DNA of 64,000 nt from contig JADHWM010000001.1 of NCBI GenBank assembly GCA_016783485.1, forward strand, positions 10,181 through 74,180. The letters are read 5' to 3'. Position numbers and translations under genes: made by a program. Origin of the DNA: Candidatus Bathyarchaeota archaeon. Its GTDB lineage: Archaea > Thermoproteota > Bathyarchaeia > TCS64. Of the stretch, positions 44,986 through 55,822 are shown in pieces. The notes under the pieces are model-generated. The model ran no database searches, was not told the DNA's origin, and saw only the letters and a list, made by a program, of their open reading frames with translations. How positions within the stretch are numbered: the first letter of the stretch is position 1; each line of letters opens with the position of its first letter.

Positions 44986-45822
44986 TTACCATATGGAGGC
45001 TCCGGCGCTGACATTGATGTCCTGCCCGGTGATGCTCCCTGCCTCATCCGATGCGAGGAACAGCGCCATCTGGGCCACGTCCATGTGGCTGATGAGCGCC
45101 TCGACGTAACCCTCGCCCACAAGATACTTGCCCCCGAGCACCCCCCGCTCCCTCATCTCGACGAAACGTTCCCTTGCGGCGTCGGAGTCGAAGGGCTCCC
45201 CGAGGTAGGCCGCCAGGTCCCTCAGGACCTCGACGTTCCTCTCCCCCCCGGGGTTCCCGGGGCAGATCGCGTTCGCGGTGATGTTGTGCCTCCCCACCTC
45301 CAGGGCCAGTATCCGGGTGAAGCCGATGATCCCCATCTTGGTGGTCGCGTAGGGGGTCCTGTACGGGTAGGGGCTCTTCACTATGGTCGAGCTGAAGTTG
45401 ATGATCCTCCCGTAGTTCTTCCTGATCATCTCCGGGACCACGGCCTTGGTGCAGAGGAATGTGCCCCCCAGGTTAACCTCCATGGTCCTGTTCCACTCGG
45501 GCAGCGTCAGCTCCCACGTCTTCTTGGTGGGCCCGCCTATCCCCACGTTGTTGACCAAGATGTCGATGGTGCCGAACTCGTCGATGGTCGACTCCACCAT
45601 GGAGTTCACCTGGGCCTCGTCCGAGACGTCCGTTTGGGAACACAACACCTTCCCTCTTTTGGCCTCGATCTTCGCCCCCACATCTCGCCTGAGTTCCTCC
45701 AGAGGGACGATGTCGCAGATCGAGACCGCGGCTCCCTCGGATGCGAAGAGTTCAGCCATCGCCTTCCCGAAGCCTCTCCTGCATCCCGTTATCAGCGCGA
45801 CTCTGCCGTCTAGTCTTCCCAT
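44986..45822 (-). CDS. Short-chain dehydrogenase/reductase
   Basis: TGCRRGFG, LVNNVG, YATTK, NAICPG. Confidence 0.93.
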   Translation of the reverse strand: MGRLDGRVALITGCRRGFGKAMAELFASEGAAVSICDIVPLEELRRDVGAKIEAKRGKVLCSQTDVSDEAQVNSMVESTIDEFGTIDILVNNVGIGGPTKKTWELTLPEWNRTMEVNLGGTFLCTKAVVPEMIRKNYGRIINFSSTIVKSPYPYRTPYATTKMGIIGFTRILALEVGRHNITANAICPGNPGGERNVEVLRDLAAYLGEPFDSDAARERFVEMRERGVLGGKYLVGEGYVEALISHMDVAQMALFLASDEAGSITGQDINVSAGASIW

Positions 45823-45901
45823 GTGAACGCCTCTGGTAGCATATCCTGTGTGGGCTAAAGAAATGTTCGGGATTCCCCCCTGGGTTCTAGGAACGTCTTA
45901 T

Positions 45902-46852
45902 TCAAGTCCTTAGGATGGGGCAGGTCATGCAGTGGATGCCCCCGTTCCCCTTCCTCATCTCCTCCCCCGGGATCTGGATGACCTCTATCCCCCGTTTCCT
46001 CGCCTCCTCCATCACCCGGGGGTTCCCGGTGTAGTGGATAGCCAGATCCCTGTCGAGGGTGAGAAAGTTGGCAGCCATGTCGTGCCTCTCCTTGTCGGTG
46101 ATCTCCAGCAGGTCCCAGCCATTGTCCCCAAGCCACTCGATGTATGACCCCTCCCATGTCTCCTCCCGGGTGTGGAACACCGCCGGAGCATACTCCAATG
46201 TCTCAGGGTGAACCAGAGCGATCTTCCCGGGGAGCTCGGCGAAGTCGCCGTCGATGTGGATGTCGTCGGGGGGGACTTTCAGGACGATGAATGTGTCCGC
46301 CACCCCTTCCTCGAATAGGAAATCCCTTATGCCGTCGAGGGCGCCCCGGGTCGTCCTCTGGCAGAGGCCCGCCACCGCCACACGGTAATCCAGGAGGGCG
46401 AAGCCTCCTCCCTCGAAGGTCTCGGGTTCTTCGAGCCGGTGGCCGATGGGGACTCCGATGGCCTCGTGGGCCGCCTCGATGACGGGGGTCTCCCTGCGCC
46501 TCGAGGGGAGCCCCATCCTCATCAGGACTGCGCCGGCGTCGGTGACGAAGCTGCTGTCCCGGGTGAAGACGAGGTTGGGGCACCTCTCCACCTGAGCCGA
46601 GAGCCCGGGGTCGTCCCTGAGTAGTGAGCCGACGTCCAGGACCTCGGTCCCCGCCTCCTCGAGGGCGTCCATCAGGCTCCTGTGGTCCGAGATGAATCGC
46701 TCGATGTCCACGGGCTGGTCGAAGTGGTGCTCCACGGGGTTGGAGTTCGCCAGTTCCAGCTCCTTGCCGGGGTGGTGGACGAGGACCCGTTTCATGGGTC
46801 CGCTCTCGGAGGTGATTCCGTATCCGGGCATGGAGAGAAACACTGTGGTCAT
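45902..46852 (-). CDS. Amidinotransferase / arginine deiminase superfamily (DDAH-like) enzyme
   Basis: [26 protein letters not shown]. Confidence 0.88.
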   Translation of the reverse strand: MTTVFLSMPGYGITSESGPMKRVLVHHPGKELELANSNPVEHHFDQPVDIERFISDHRSLMDALEEAGTEVLDVGSLLRDDPGLSAQVERCPNLVFTRDSSFVTDAGAVLMRMGLPSRRRETPVIEAAHEAIGVPIGHRLEEPETFEGGGFALLDYRVAVAGLCQRTTRGALDGIRDFLFEEGVADTFIVLKVPPDDIHIDGDFAELPGKIALVHPETLEYAPAVFHTREETWEGSYIEWLGDNGWDLLEITDKERHDMAANFLTLDRDLAIHYTGNPRVMEEARKRGIEVIQIPGEEMRKGNGGIHCMTCPILRT

Positions 46853-46952
46853 CGCTCTTATGAGTTATGCAGGGGAGGGTGCGGGCTCAGCTGCGCGACT
46901 GTACGATAATTCTAAATCGTGATCGGATAGATGGAGGTGCGAGAGTGCGTAG

Positions 46953-48149
46953 ATGGTTAAGCTCAGGATCAGCTGGGGCGAGTATCGGAGGAGGATTGCG
47001 AGGGTCAGGGAGGTCATGGTGGAGAGGGGGCTCGACGCCCTCCTGCTCACGAGCGGGAAGAGCATGTTCTACGTCTCCCACTTCACCCACATGACCACGG
47101 AGCGGCCCGCCATCCTCCTGGTCCCCCCGGATGGGGACCTGATCTTCCTGGGGCCCCTCCTGGAGGCGGATCACCTGAGGCATCAGACGGGCCTCGTGGG
47201 GGAGGTGAGGACCTACCTCGACTACCCGGGGAAGGTGCATACGATCGACAAGTTCGCCGAGTGGCTCATCGACCTCGGATACAGGAAGGCCAAGATCGGA
47301 GCGGACAACCCCGCCGGGGCCTCCGGAGCCATGGGCTACACGGGCCCCCCGCTCCCCGAGAAGATGCCGGACGCCGAGTTCGAGAGGGCGGGGGACATCA
47401 TCTGGGCCATGAGGCTCTGCAAGTCGGAGGAGGAGATCGCCCTCATCAGGGAGAGCGCCATGTGGGGGAACCTCGCCCACCAGTACCTCCAGGACTACAC
47501 TGCGCCGGGGATGTGGGACGTCGAGGTGAGTCTCATGGCCAGCCTCGAGGCATCATCAGTCATGAAGAAGACGCTGGGACCCGAGTATGAGACCCTGAAA
47601 GGAAGAGCCCCCGCCTCCGCTGGATTCCGAGGCCAGGTGGGCTGGAAGTCCGCGATGCCCCACAGCATAGGGATCCCAAAGAAGATTGAGGAGGGGGACG
47701 TCCTGGTCACGGGTGCGGGCTCCGACGTGGGGGGCTACGGCAGCGAGCTGGAGAGGACCATGATCTTGGGGGAGCCCACGCCCAAGATGGAGAGGTACTT
47801 TCAGGTGATGGTGGAGTCCCAGGACGCCGCGATCGAGGCCCTGGGGCCCGGGGTGAAGTGCAGCGAGGTGGACCGGGCGTCGGGGAAGGTTATCCGGGAC
47901 GCAGGGTACACGGCCCTCATGAGGCACCACACGGGCCACGGCATCGGCCTCGAGGGGCACGAGCCCCCCTGGCTGGACATCGGGAACGACGCCGAGCTGA
48001 AGCCGGGGATGGTGGTGAGCATCGAGCCCGGGATCTACGAGCTGGGATACGCCGGGTTCAGGCACTCCGACACCGCGGTTATCACCGAGGACGGCTACGA
48101 GCTGGTGACCTACTACCCGAGGGACATCGAGTCCCTCACTATCCTATAG
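46953..48149 (+). CDS. Xaa-Pro (M24) peptidase-family protein
   Basis: Creatinase-like N-domain; HHTGHGIGLEGHE, SIEPG, FRHSD. Confidence 0.9.
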   Translation: MVKLRISWGEYRRRIARVREVMVERGLDALLLTSGKSMFYVSHFTHMTTERPAILLVPPDGDLIFLGPLLEADHLRHQTGLVGEVRTYLDYPGKVHTIDKFAEWLIDLGYRKAKIGADNPAGASGAMGYTGPPLPEKMPDAEFERAGDIIWAMRLCKSEEEIALIRESAMWGNLAHQYLQDYTAPGMWDVEVSLMASLEASSVMKKTLGPEYETLKGRAPASAGFRGQVGWKSAMPHSIGIPKKIEEGDVLVTGAGSDVGGYGSELERTMILGEPTPKMERYFQVMVESQDAAIEALGPGVKCSEVDRASGKVIRDAGYTALMRHHTGHGIGLEGHEPPWLDIGNDAELKPGMVVSIEPGIYELGYAGFRHSDTAVITEDGYELVTYYPRDIESLTIL

Positions 48150-48818
48150 GTCTCCCTCGCCCTTCAGAAGCCTCGCAAGCTCGTAGATGTCGAGCTGCTC
48201 CGTGTCTTTAGAGTATCCCCCAAGCCTGAACGCGAGCTGCACGGAGTATCCCACGGTCACCGCGGAGATCACAGTCCCTATACCCACGGGCCCCCCGAGG
48301 AGGTAGCCTATTGCCAGGACGGTTATCTCGATGGCACCCCGGATAGAGGAGACTGGCCTGCCCGTCTTCTTGACTAATCCCATCATGAGCCCGTCCCGGG
48401 GGCCGGCGCCCAGCCCCACCCGGATGTAGAGGAGGGTGCCCATCCCGAGGAACGTGACGCTGAGGAGGAGCAACCCGAGCTGCCAGGGCAGGGCCTGGGG
48501 GATGGGGATCAGCCCGGAGGCGATGATCCAGTCGATAGATACCCCTATGACGTACATGTTCGCGAAGGTCCCGAATCCCGGGGGGAACCCGAGGAGCCAG
48601 CCCAGGAGGAGGACGGCGAGGCCCACCACCTGGGAGACCTCCCCCAGAGTGAAGGGAGTCAGCTTCTCGAGGCCCACGTTGAGCACGCCCCAGGGCATCA
48701 TCCCCAGCCCGGCGTGGAGGTTGGCGACTATCCCGGCGGAGAATAAGATGAGGCCCACGAAGAGCGAGGGTATCCGGGCTAGGAAGGCCATCCAGTTCCT
48801 AGTACTGCTGCTCCTCAA
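48144..48818 (-). CDS. YczE/YyaS-family membrane protein
   Basis: GLGMMPW, GTFAN, GAGPRDGLM, LLGGPVGIGTV. Confidence 0.85.
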   Translation of the reverse strand: MRSSSTRNWMAFLARIPSLFVGLILFSAGIVANLHAGLGMMPWGVLNVGLEKLTPFTLGEVSQVVGLAVLLLGWLLGFPPGFGTFANMYVIGVSIDWIIASGLIPIPQALPWQLGLLLLSVTFLGMGTLLYIRVGLGAGPRDGLMMGLVKKTGRPVSSIRGAIEITVLAIGYLLGGPVGIGTVISAVTVGYSVQLAFRLGGYSKDTEQLDIYELARLLKGEGDL

Positions 48819-48983
48819 AGTCTCACCACGTGATGGCGTAAGGTATCCCCTGTTCTTAATAAAGGCCGGCTGAATCAAGCCACCGCCTGCGTGAAACTTA
48901 TCGTAGCAGCCATTTTCACCCACGTCCCTCCTCCAATCCCCACCTCAATCTATTTAACAGCCCTGCCCGGAGCATTCACCGAA

Positions 48984-50333
48984 TTGGGTAAGAGGATCGC
49001 GAAGCGGGTCCAGAAGCCCAAGAACGTCTGGATCCGGGAAATGTTCTCAGGGGACCCCAGGATGGGGTCGGGTCTAGACTATACCAACGATTACCTCAGG
49101 ATGCAGGCTCCCTCGGGGAGCATCTGCGCCGTCTGCAAGGGCTCCAAGCTCCTCTGCGGGAAGACGAGCTGCCCCGTGGTGGCTCGGGCAGCCTCCCACT
49201 TCAACATCTGGAGGAGCATCAAAGGAACCGAGATCAGCGGCTCATCGCCCCCCAGCGTCTTTGTGGGTCGCTTCGGTTACCCTTACGTCAACATAGGCCC
49301 CCTGGCACCCAACCACTTTGGGGACACATCCATCCTCGACTCCCCGGAGCGGTGGATGGGGAGATCCATCGACGAGATCATCGACTACCGGAGCCAGCTC
49401 GTCCGGGGGATGAGCAGAGTCAACGTGCGGAAGCCCGAGAAGGCGGGGCGCATCCTCGACAGGACCCGGGAGCTCAGCCTCGCCGAACACTACGTGGAGA
49501 CCGAGATGAAACTCAAGAAGCGGCCCCGCCGGAGCTTCAGGGTCGATGCCGACGTGCAGCCCATCGGGCCCACCGCCCCCCTGGAGAGGATGGAGATCGG
49601 CTACATCCGGTGGAACAGGGAGATGGAGAAGGCTCACTACGACACCGACTTTAAGGCCGCCCCCGCCACCAAGACCCTCTACCAGGAGGGGGTCCCCGTG
49701 ACCCAGATCATGAAGGCCTTCAGCATGGGGAGCTTCGGCGTCGAGAAGAACAGACGCCTCGTCCCCACCCGGTGGAGCATCACCGCGGTGGACGATATCC
49801 TGGGGAAGGACATGGCCCGCCAGACCAAGAACTTCCCCCTCATCAACAACTACGAACTATACGAGTCCGACTACCTGGGGAACAGGTTCGAGGTCCTCCT
49901 GGTCCCCGACGCCTGGAGCTACGAGGCCTACGAGGCGTGGTACCCGGGCACCGTCTGGAACCCGAGCACCAGCCACGTCGCTATCATCACCGACTGGGAG
50001 GGCTACAACGGCCGGAGCAAGTACGCCTCCATGGGGGGCTGCTACTACTCGGGGAGGCTCGCCGTGATGGAGCACCTCATGAAGGAGAGGCGCCAGGCGC
50101 GGGTCTTTATCATCCGGGAGGCCTACCCCGACTACATCCTCCCTGTGGGGGTCTGGCAGGTCAGGGAGAACGTCAGGAACGCGATGAGGCAGCCGCCCCT
50201 GGTCTACGACACCTTGGACGAGGCCCTGGCGAGGCTCCAGAGCAGGCTCAGCATCCCATTGGAGCAGTGGATGGACGCCGGGTTCCTGCTGAGGCAGACC
50301 ATCTCCCAGAGGAAGATCACCGATTATTTCTGA
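48984..50333 (+). CDS. nreA: Nre-family DNA repair protein
   Basis: CAVCKG..LLCG...CP, SSPPSVFVG, LVPTRWSITAVD, GGCYY, PVGVWQVRE; C-terminal PIP QRKITDYF. Confidence 0.92.
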   Translation: MGKRIAKRVQKPKNVWIREMFSGDPRMGSGLDYTNDYLRMQAPSGSICAVCKGSKLLCGKTSCPVVARAASHFNIWRSIKGTEISGSSPPSVFVGRFGYPYVNIGPLAPNHFGDTSILDSPERWMGRSIDEIIDYRSQLVRGMSRVNVRKPEKAGRILDRTRELSLAEHYVETEMKLKKRPRRSFRVDADVQPIGPTAPLERMEIGYIRWNREMEKAHYDTDFKAAPATKTLYQEGVPVTQIMKAFSMGSFGVEKNRRLVPTRWSITAVDDILGKDMARQTKNFPLINNYELYESDYLGNRFEVLLVPDAWSYEAYEAWYPGTVWNPSTSHVAIITDWEGYNGRSKYASMGGCYYSGRLAVMEHLMKERRQARVFIIREAYPDYILPVGVWQVRENVRNAMRQPPLVYDTLDEALARLQSRLSIPLEQWMDAGFLLRQTISQRKITDYF

Positions 50334-50499
50334 TTTGGCAGATTTTTTTTACCAATCCGTGAAATATTTACTGTATTTGTTAATAGGTCCCGGATAAATT
50401 TTATAAATTTAACACATTTATACACATCATGGGATCGCATAGAGCCCCCAACATGATTTATACAAGAAATCAACGAAATATCCCCGTGAGGTCCTTTAT

Positions 50500-50748
50500 A
50501 TGAAGTATAACGCGAAGGTCTACGTCAGCCTCAAGAAGGGCTACTCCGACCCCGAGGGGGAGACCGCCGCCAACGCCCTCAGGGGGCTCGGGTACACCGT
50601 CGACGACGTCCGGGCCAGCAAGGCCTACGAGGTGTCGTTCCAGGCGGAGGACAGGGAGACCGCGGAGGCGGTCCTCGACGAGATGTGCAGGAGGCTCCTC
50701 ACCAACCCCACCAAGGACGACTATAGCTTCGAGATCAGGGAAGTTTGA
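50500..50748 (+). CDS. purS: FGAM synthase subunit PurS
   Basis: LKKGYSDPEG, MCRRLLTNP. Confidence 0.95.
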   Translation: MKYNAKVYVSLKKGYSDPEGETAANALRGLGYTVDDVRASKAYEVSFQAEDRETAEAVLDEMCRRLLTNPTKDDYSFEIREV

Positions 50749-53120
50749 TGACCCGCATCACTATCAGCCCCCACCCCTTCGAGCACCACGAGGTCGACCT
50801 CCTCAACGCGAGCGACGCCGACCTCAAGGAGATCGCCTCCACCCTGGGACTAGGGCTCAGCCTCGACGAGCTCCGTCACATCCGTGACGGCTACGTGGTC
50901 CGGGAGAGGAAAGCGACGGATCTGGAGCTCCAGACCTACGACCAGACCTGGAGCGAGCATTGCAGCCACAAGACCTTCGGGGGGATCATACACACGCCGG
51001 AGGGCACGGTGGACGGTCTCCTCAAGACCTATTTCATGAGCCTCATCGACGAATTGGAGCCTGAGTGGTGCTACAGCGTCTTCGAGGACAACGCCGGAAT
51101 CGTGGACCTCACCGATGACGTGGGGATCGCGATCAAAGTGGAGACCCACAACCACCCCTCCGCCATCGAGCCTTTTGGCGGTGCAGCCACGGGCCTCGGC
51201 GGGGTGATTAGGGACATCCTCGGTGTCTGGGCCGACCCCATCGCCTGCACCGATGTTCTATGCTTTGGGCCTTTGGATTATCCTTATGAGAAGCTCCCCG
51301 AGGGTGTGAAGCATCCCCGGTACATCTTCGGCGGCGTGGTGGACGGCATAGGGAGCTACGGTAACAGCATCGGGATCCCCACGGTGAACGGTGCCACGGT
51401 CTTCCACGAGAACTACACCGGGAACGTCGTGGTCTACGCCGGCTGCGTCGGGGTCATCCCCAAGGATCAATACATCAGGGACGTGAAGCCCGGGGACTGC
51501 GTGCTCCTCGTCGGGGGGAGGACCGGCCGGGACGGCATCCACGGGGTCACATTCGCCTCTGCGGAGCTCACCGAAGAGTCCGAGGAGGTCTCCCGGCCCG
51601 CGGTCCAGATCGCCAACCCCATCGAGGAGGAGAAGATCAAGAGGGCCCTCAAGGAGGTCAGCGACAGGAAGCTGGGCTCCGGCATCACCGACATCGGGGG
51701 CGGGGGCCTCAGCTGCGGGGTCTGCGAGACCGCGGACAGCTACGGCCTCGGGGTCGAGGCCCACCTGGACCGAGTGTCCCTCAAGGCGATGGACATGGCC
51801 CCCTGGGAGATCTGGATCTCCGAGAGCCAGGAGAGGATGCTCCTCGCCGTCCCCCCGGGGAACCTCGACGAGGTCGTCTCCCTCTTCGAGGACGAGCAGG
51901 TGGAGACCACGGTCCTGGGAGAGTACACTGAGACCGGCCTCGCCGTTATTTACTACAAGGGCCACGTAGTCGGGGAGTTGGACTTGGGGTCCCTATTCGA
52001 CCCTCCCAAGCTCATTCGCACCACGAACTGGGCTCCCCCCGTGCTCGAAGAGCCTAACATCCCAGAGCCCGACGATCTTGGCTCAGTCCTCCTTAGCCTC
52101 CTGAAATCGTACAACATCGCGAGCAAGGAGAAGGTGATCCGCCGCTACGACCAGGAGGTGAAGGGCCAGACCGTGGTGAAGCCCCTCCAGGGCTGGAACG
52201 CGGGCCCCAACGACGCCGCCGTCCTCAAGCCCCTCGAAGACAGCTGGAGGGGCATCGCGATCAGCAGCGGCATCAACCCCCGATTCGGTCTCATAGACCC
52301 CTACTGGATGGCGGCCTCCGTCATCGACGAGGCGATCAGGAACAACGTCTCCGTGGGGGGGCGCAGGATCTCCCTCCTGGACAACTTCACATGGGGGAAC
52401 CCCGAGTACGAGGACCGCCTCGGAGGCCTCGTCCTCGCCTCCCGGGCCTGCCACGACGTCGGGAAGGCCTACGGGACCCCCTTCGTCTCGGGGAAGGACA
52501 GCCTCTACAACGAGTCCCCCCTGGGCCCCGTGACCCCGACACTCCTCATCACGGCCCTGGGGATCGTCCCGGACATCCGGAAGGCGGTGACCATGGACCT
52601 CAAGGAGGCTGGGAACGCCCTCTACATCGTCGGGGTGACAAAGCCCGAGCTGGGGGGCTCCGAGTACTATGCACTCCACGGCGAGCTGGGAGCCTCGGTG
52701 CCCAAGCTTGAACCAGAGAAGAACGCCGTGGCCTACGCCCGCCTGAACGAGGCGATGGACCGGGGCATCGTGAGGGCCTGCCACGACCTCTCCGACGGGG
52801 GGCTGGGGGTCGCCGCCGCCGAGATGGCGTTCACCGGGGACCTCGGCCTCGAATTCGACTTGTCAAAGGTGTCGACGTCGGAGGAGATGAGAGACGACTT
52901 TGCGCTCTACTCCGAGTCCAACGGGAGGCTGCTGGTGGAGGTGTCGGAGAAGGATTGCGGAGAGTTCGAGGCTCTCATGGGTGACTCGGTATTCGCCCGG
53001 ATTGGATCCGTGAAGGTTGATAAGACACTAAGGGTGGAGAGGAACGGGGAACCCCTCATCGAGATCCCGCTGACGAAGCTTATCGGGGCGTGGAAGACCC
53101 CCCTGGAGGACCCGAGATGA
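50748..53120 (+). CDS. purL: FGAM synthase subunit PurL
   Basis: WSEHCSHK, KVETHNHPS, GRDGIHG, SESQERM, SGKDSLYN, HDLSDGGL. Confidence 0.97.
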   Translation: MTRITISPHPFEHHEVDLLNASDADLKEIASTLGLGLSLDELRHIRDGYVVRERKATDLELQTYDQTWSEHCSHKTFGGIIHTPEGTVDGLLKTYFMSLIDELEPEWCYSVFEDNAGIVDLTDDVGIAIKVETHNHPSAIEPFGGAATGLGGVIRDILGVWADPIACTDVLCFGPLDYPYEKLPEGVKHPRYIFGGVVDGIGSYGNSIGIPTVNGATVFHENYTGNVVVYAGCVGVIPKDQYIRDVKPGDCVLLVGGRTGRDGIHGVTFASAELTEESEEVSRPAVQIANPIEEEKIKRALKEVSDRKLGSGITDIGGGGLSCGVCETADSYGLGVEAHLDRVSLKAMDMAPWEIWISESQERMLLAVPPGNLDEVVSLFEDEQVETTVLGEYTETGLAVIYYKGHVVGELDLGSLFDPPKLIRTTNWAPPVLEEPNIPEPDDLGSVLLSLLKSYNIASKEKVIRRYDQEVKGQTVVKPLQGWNAGPNDAAVLKPLEDSWRGIAISSGINPRFGLIDPYWMAASVIDEAIRNNVSVGGRRISLLDNFTWGNPEYEDRLGGLVLASRACHDVGKAYGTPFVSGKDSLYNESPLGPVTPTLLITALGIVPDIRKAVTMDLKEAGNALYIVGVTKPELGGSEYYALHGELGASVPKLEPEKNAVAYARLNEAMDRGIVRACHDLSDGGLGVAAAEMAFTGDLGLEFDLSKVSTSEEMRDDFALYSESNGRLLVEVSEKDCGEFEALMGDSVFARIGSVKVDKTLRVERNGEPLIEIPLTKLIGAWKTPLEDPR

Positions 53121-53932
53121 AGCGGGAAGAGATCGACGTCCTCCTCATGAGGGCGCCGGGGACCAACTGCGACCTCGAGACCGTCCGGGCCTTCAGGGAC
53201 CTCGGGGTCCGGGCCCACCTCGTCCACAGCCAGAGGGTATTCAAGGAGAAGAACCTCCTCGACTACGATGTCCTCGTCTTCCCCGGGGGCTTCAGCTACG
53301 GGGACTATGTCAGGAGCGGCGCCATCTGGGCCAAGGAGATGGAGTACCGCATCGGGAAGGAGATGGGGGAGTTCGTGGACACAGGGCGCCCCGTCATCGG
53401 CATCTGCAACGGGTTCCAGGTCCTCGTGGAGACAGGGTTCCTACCGGGCTTCGAGGGCCGCAGCCCCGAGCCCCAGGTCGCCCTCGCGAACAACAGCCAC
53501 GGCTACCAGAACCGCTGGGTCCGGATGAAGAACATCGGGAAGGGGAACTGCGGGATACTCCGGGGGGTCCCCAAGGGCCAGGTCATTGCGTGCCCCGTCG
53601 CCCACGGGGAGGGCCGGTTCATCATGCCCCAGGACAAGGCCGAGGCGTGGCTGGAGAGGCTCTACGATCAGGACCAGCTCGTCTTCAGGTACGTCAAGGG
53701 GGACGGCGACTACGCCGAGGGCTCCTGGCCCGAGAACCCCAACGGGGCGTACCATGACATCGCGGGGATCTGCAACCCCGAGGGGAATGTGTTGGGCTTC
53801 ATGCCCCACCCTGAGAGGGCTTACTTCGGCTACCTGATGCCCGAGTGGACCAAGAAGGGGAGGCCCGACGAGTACGGGGACGGCAGGGTCTTCTTCGAGT
53901 CCGTCGTCCGGTACGTGGAGGCTAGGTTCTAG
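53117..53932 (+). CDS. purQ: FGAM synthase subunit PurQ
   Basis: [32 protein letters not shown]. Confidence 0.97.
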   Translation: MKREEIDVLLMRAPGTNCDLETVRAFRDLGVRAHLVHSQRVFKEKNLLDYDVLVFPGGFSYGDYVRSGAIWAKEMEYRIGKEMGEFVDTGRPVIGICNGFQVLVETGFLPGFEGRSPEPQVALANNSHGYQNRWVRMKNIGKGNCGILRGVPKGQVIACPVAHGEGRFIMPQDKAEAWLERLYDQDQLVFRYVKGDGDYAEGSWPENPNGAYHDIAGICNPEGNVLGFMPHPERAYFGYLMPEWTKKGRPDEYGDGRVFFESVVRYVEARF

Positions 53933-54365
53933 CCGCCCTCTTCCGGCGGTACTCCACCAATTTTTCTCGTAAACCCTCATCGGAGAGGGCCAGAATCTCG
54001 AGGGCCAGCAGAGCCCCGTTCCTGGAGTTGTCGACCCCGACGCAGGCCACGGGGACCCCCGGGGGCATCTGGGCGATGGAGAGGAGGGAGTCGATCCCCC
54101 CGAGCTTTGCGTCCTTGGGGACGCCGATCACCGGCTTGAGGGTGTGGGCCGCGATGAATCCGGGGAGGGCCGCCGATAGCCCCGCGACGGCGATGTAGAC
54201 CGATGCGTCCGACGCCTCTATGTACTCCCGGAGGGCCTTCGGGTTCCTGTGGGCCGAGTAGACCTGGTAGTCGTAGTCGACCCCGAACTCCTTGAGGATG
54301 GCCTCGGCCTTGTCTCCGATCTCCCGGTCTGAGGTGCTCCCGATTATCAGCGAGACCCTGGACAT
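53922..54365 (-). CDS. purE: AIR carboxylase / N5-CAIR mutase
   Basis: [29 protein letters not shown]; start revised to MSRVS. Confidence 0.93.
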   Translation of the reverse strand: MSRVSLIIGSTSDREIGDKAEAILKEFGVDYDYQVYSAHRNPKALREYIEASDASVYIAVAGLSAALPGFIAAHTLKPVIGVPKDAKLGGIDSLLSIAQMPPGVPVACVGVDNSRNGALLALEILALSDEGLREKLVEYRRKRAART

Positions 54366-54470
54366 TTTCGAACTCCTACTAGAATGAGGAGACATAATAA
54401 GACTGCCCCTCTGGGTTCTGGTCTTAAGTTTATATGTGGAGTGAATCAAAGTCTTCATTGTGTGACCGGA

Positions 54471-55811
54471 TTGGTAAAGAGAGTCATTATCATGGGCGCC
54501 GCGGGGAGGGACTTCCACAACTTCAACACCAACTTCAGGGGGAATCCCGAGTACGAGGTGGTGGCCTTCACAGCCGCCCAGATCTCGGAGCTCGACGCCG
54601 GGGCCGGGGTGGAGAACAGGATCTACCCCCCAGAGCTCGCCGGGATAGGATACCCGATGGGGATCAAGATCTACCCGGAGACGATGCTCGAGGCGCTCAT
54701 CGTGGAGCGCCGGGTGGACGAGGTCGTCTTCGCCTACAGCGACGTCTCCCATGGCTACCTCATGGACGAGGCCTCGAGGGTCCTCGCCGCGGGGGCCAGC
54801 TTCACCCTCCTGGGGCCCGACGCGACGATGATCGAGCCCACGAAGCCGGTGATCTCCGTGTGCGCCTCGAGGACCGGGAGCGGGAAGAGCCCCACGAGCC
54901 GCTGGCTCCTCACGAGGCTCACCGAGAGGGGGCACAGGGTCGTGGTTATCAGGCACCCGATGCCCTACGGGGACCTGAATAAGCAGAGGGTGCAGAGGTT
55001 CGAGACCCTGGAGGATCTGGACAGGTACGACTGCACCATCGAGGAGAGGGAGGACTATGAGCCCCACATCGAGAGGGGGGCGGTGGTCTTCGCGGGGGTC
55101 GACTACAAGGATATCCTGAGGGAGGCTGAGAGGGAGGCCGACGTCGTCCTATGGGACGGGGGGAACAACGACTTCCCCTTCTACAGGCCCACGGTCCATG
55201 TCGTACTGGTGGATCCCCACAGGGCGGGGGACGAGTTGTCCTACTACCCGGGGGAGACCAACGTGAGGATGGCGGACGTGGTCATCGTGAGCAAGGTGAA
55301 CACTGCGGACCCCGAGAAGGTGGAGGAGGTCATCGCCAACGTGGAGGGGATCAACGGGACCGCCCGGATCTTCAAGGCCAACATCACGATAACGGCGGAG
55401 GACGACGAGGCGATCCTGGGGAAGAGGGTGCTCGTGGTGGAGGACGGCCCCACGGTGACCCACGGGGGGATGGCCTTCGGAGCCGCCACCATCAAGGCCC
55501 GGGCCCTGGAGGCGGAGCTGGTGGACCCTAGGCCTTACGCGAAGGGATCCATTTTGGCGGTTTACGAGATGTACCCCCACTTGGAGCGGGTGTTGCCGGC
55601 GGTGGGGTACAGCGAGCGCCAGATGGAGGAGCTGAGCCAGGTCATCAACGACACGCCGTGCGACCTCGTCCTCCTGGGCACTCCCACGGATATCAGCAGG
55701 TACCTGAAGGTGGACAAGCCGGTGCAGAGGGTGCGCTACGAGCTGGAGGAGATCAATCCCGGGGAGATCGAGGACGCAATCTTCAACCTCCTCGAGGAGC
55801 GCCTGAAGTAG
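54471..55811 (+). CDS. COG2403 P-loop NTPase, arginine synthetase ArcE-like
   Basis: [60 protein letters not shown]. Confidence 0.8.
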   Translation: MVKRVIIMGAAGRDFHNFNTNFRGNPEYEVVAFTAAQISELDAGAGVENRIYPPELAGIGYPMGIKIYPETMLEALIVERRVDEVVFAYSDVSHGYLMDEASRVLAAGASFTLLGPDATMIEPTKPVISVCASRTGSGKSPTSRWLLTRLTERGHRVVVIRHPMPYGDLNKQRVQRFETLEDLDRYDCTIEEREDYEPHIERGAVVFAGVDYKDILREAEREADVVLWDGGNNDFPFYRPTVHVVLVDPHRAGDELSYYPGETNVRMADVVIVSKVNTADPEKVEEVIANVEGINGTARIFKANITITAEDDEAILGKRVLVVEDGPTVTHGGMAFGAATIKARALEAELVDPRPYAKGSILAVYEMYPHLERVLPAVGYSERQMEELSQVINDTPCDLVLLGTPTDISRYLKVDKPVQRVRYELEEINPGEIEDAIFNLLEERLK

Positions 55812-55822
55812 AACGTACCCGC

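Noticed and set aside
50334-50499. Shared regulatory motif (AAGAAA...GAAATAT) upstream of purS and purC
   Set aside because: Too short and AT-rich to distinguish from ordinary promoter sequence by eye.
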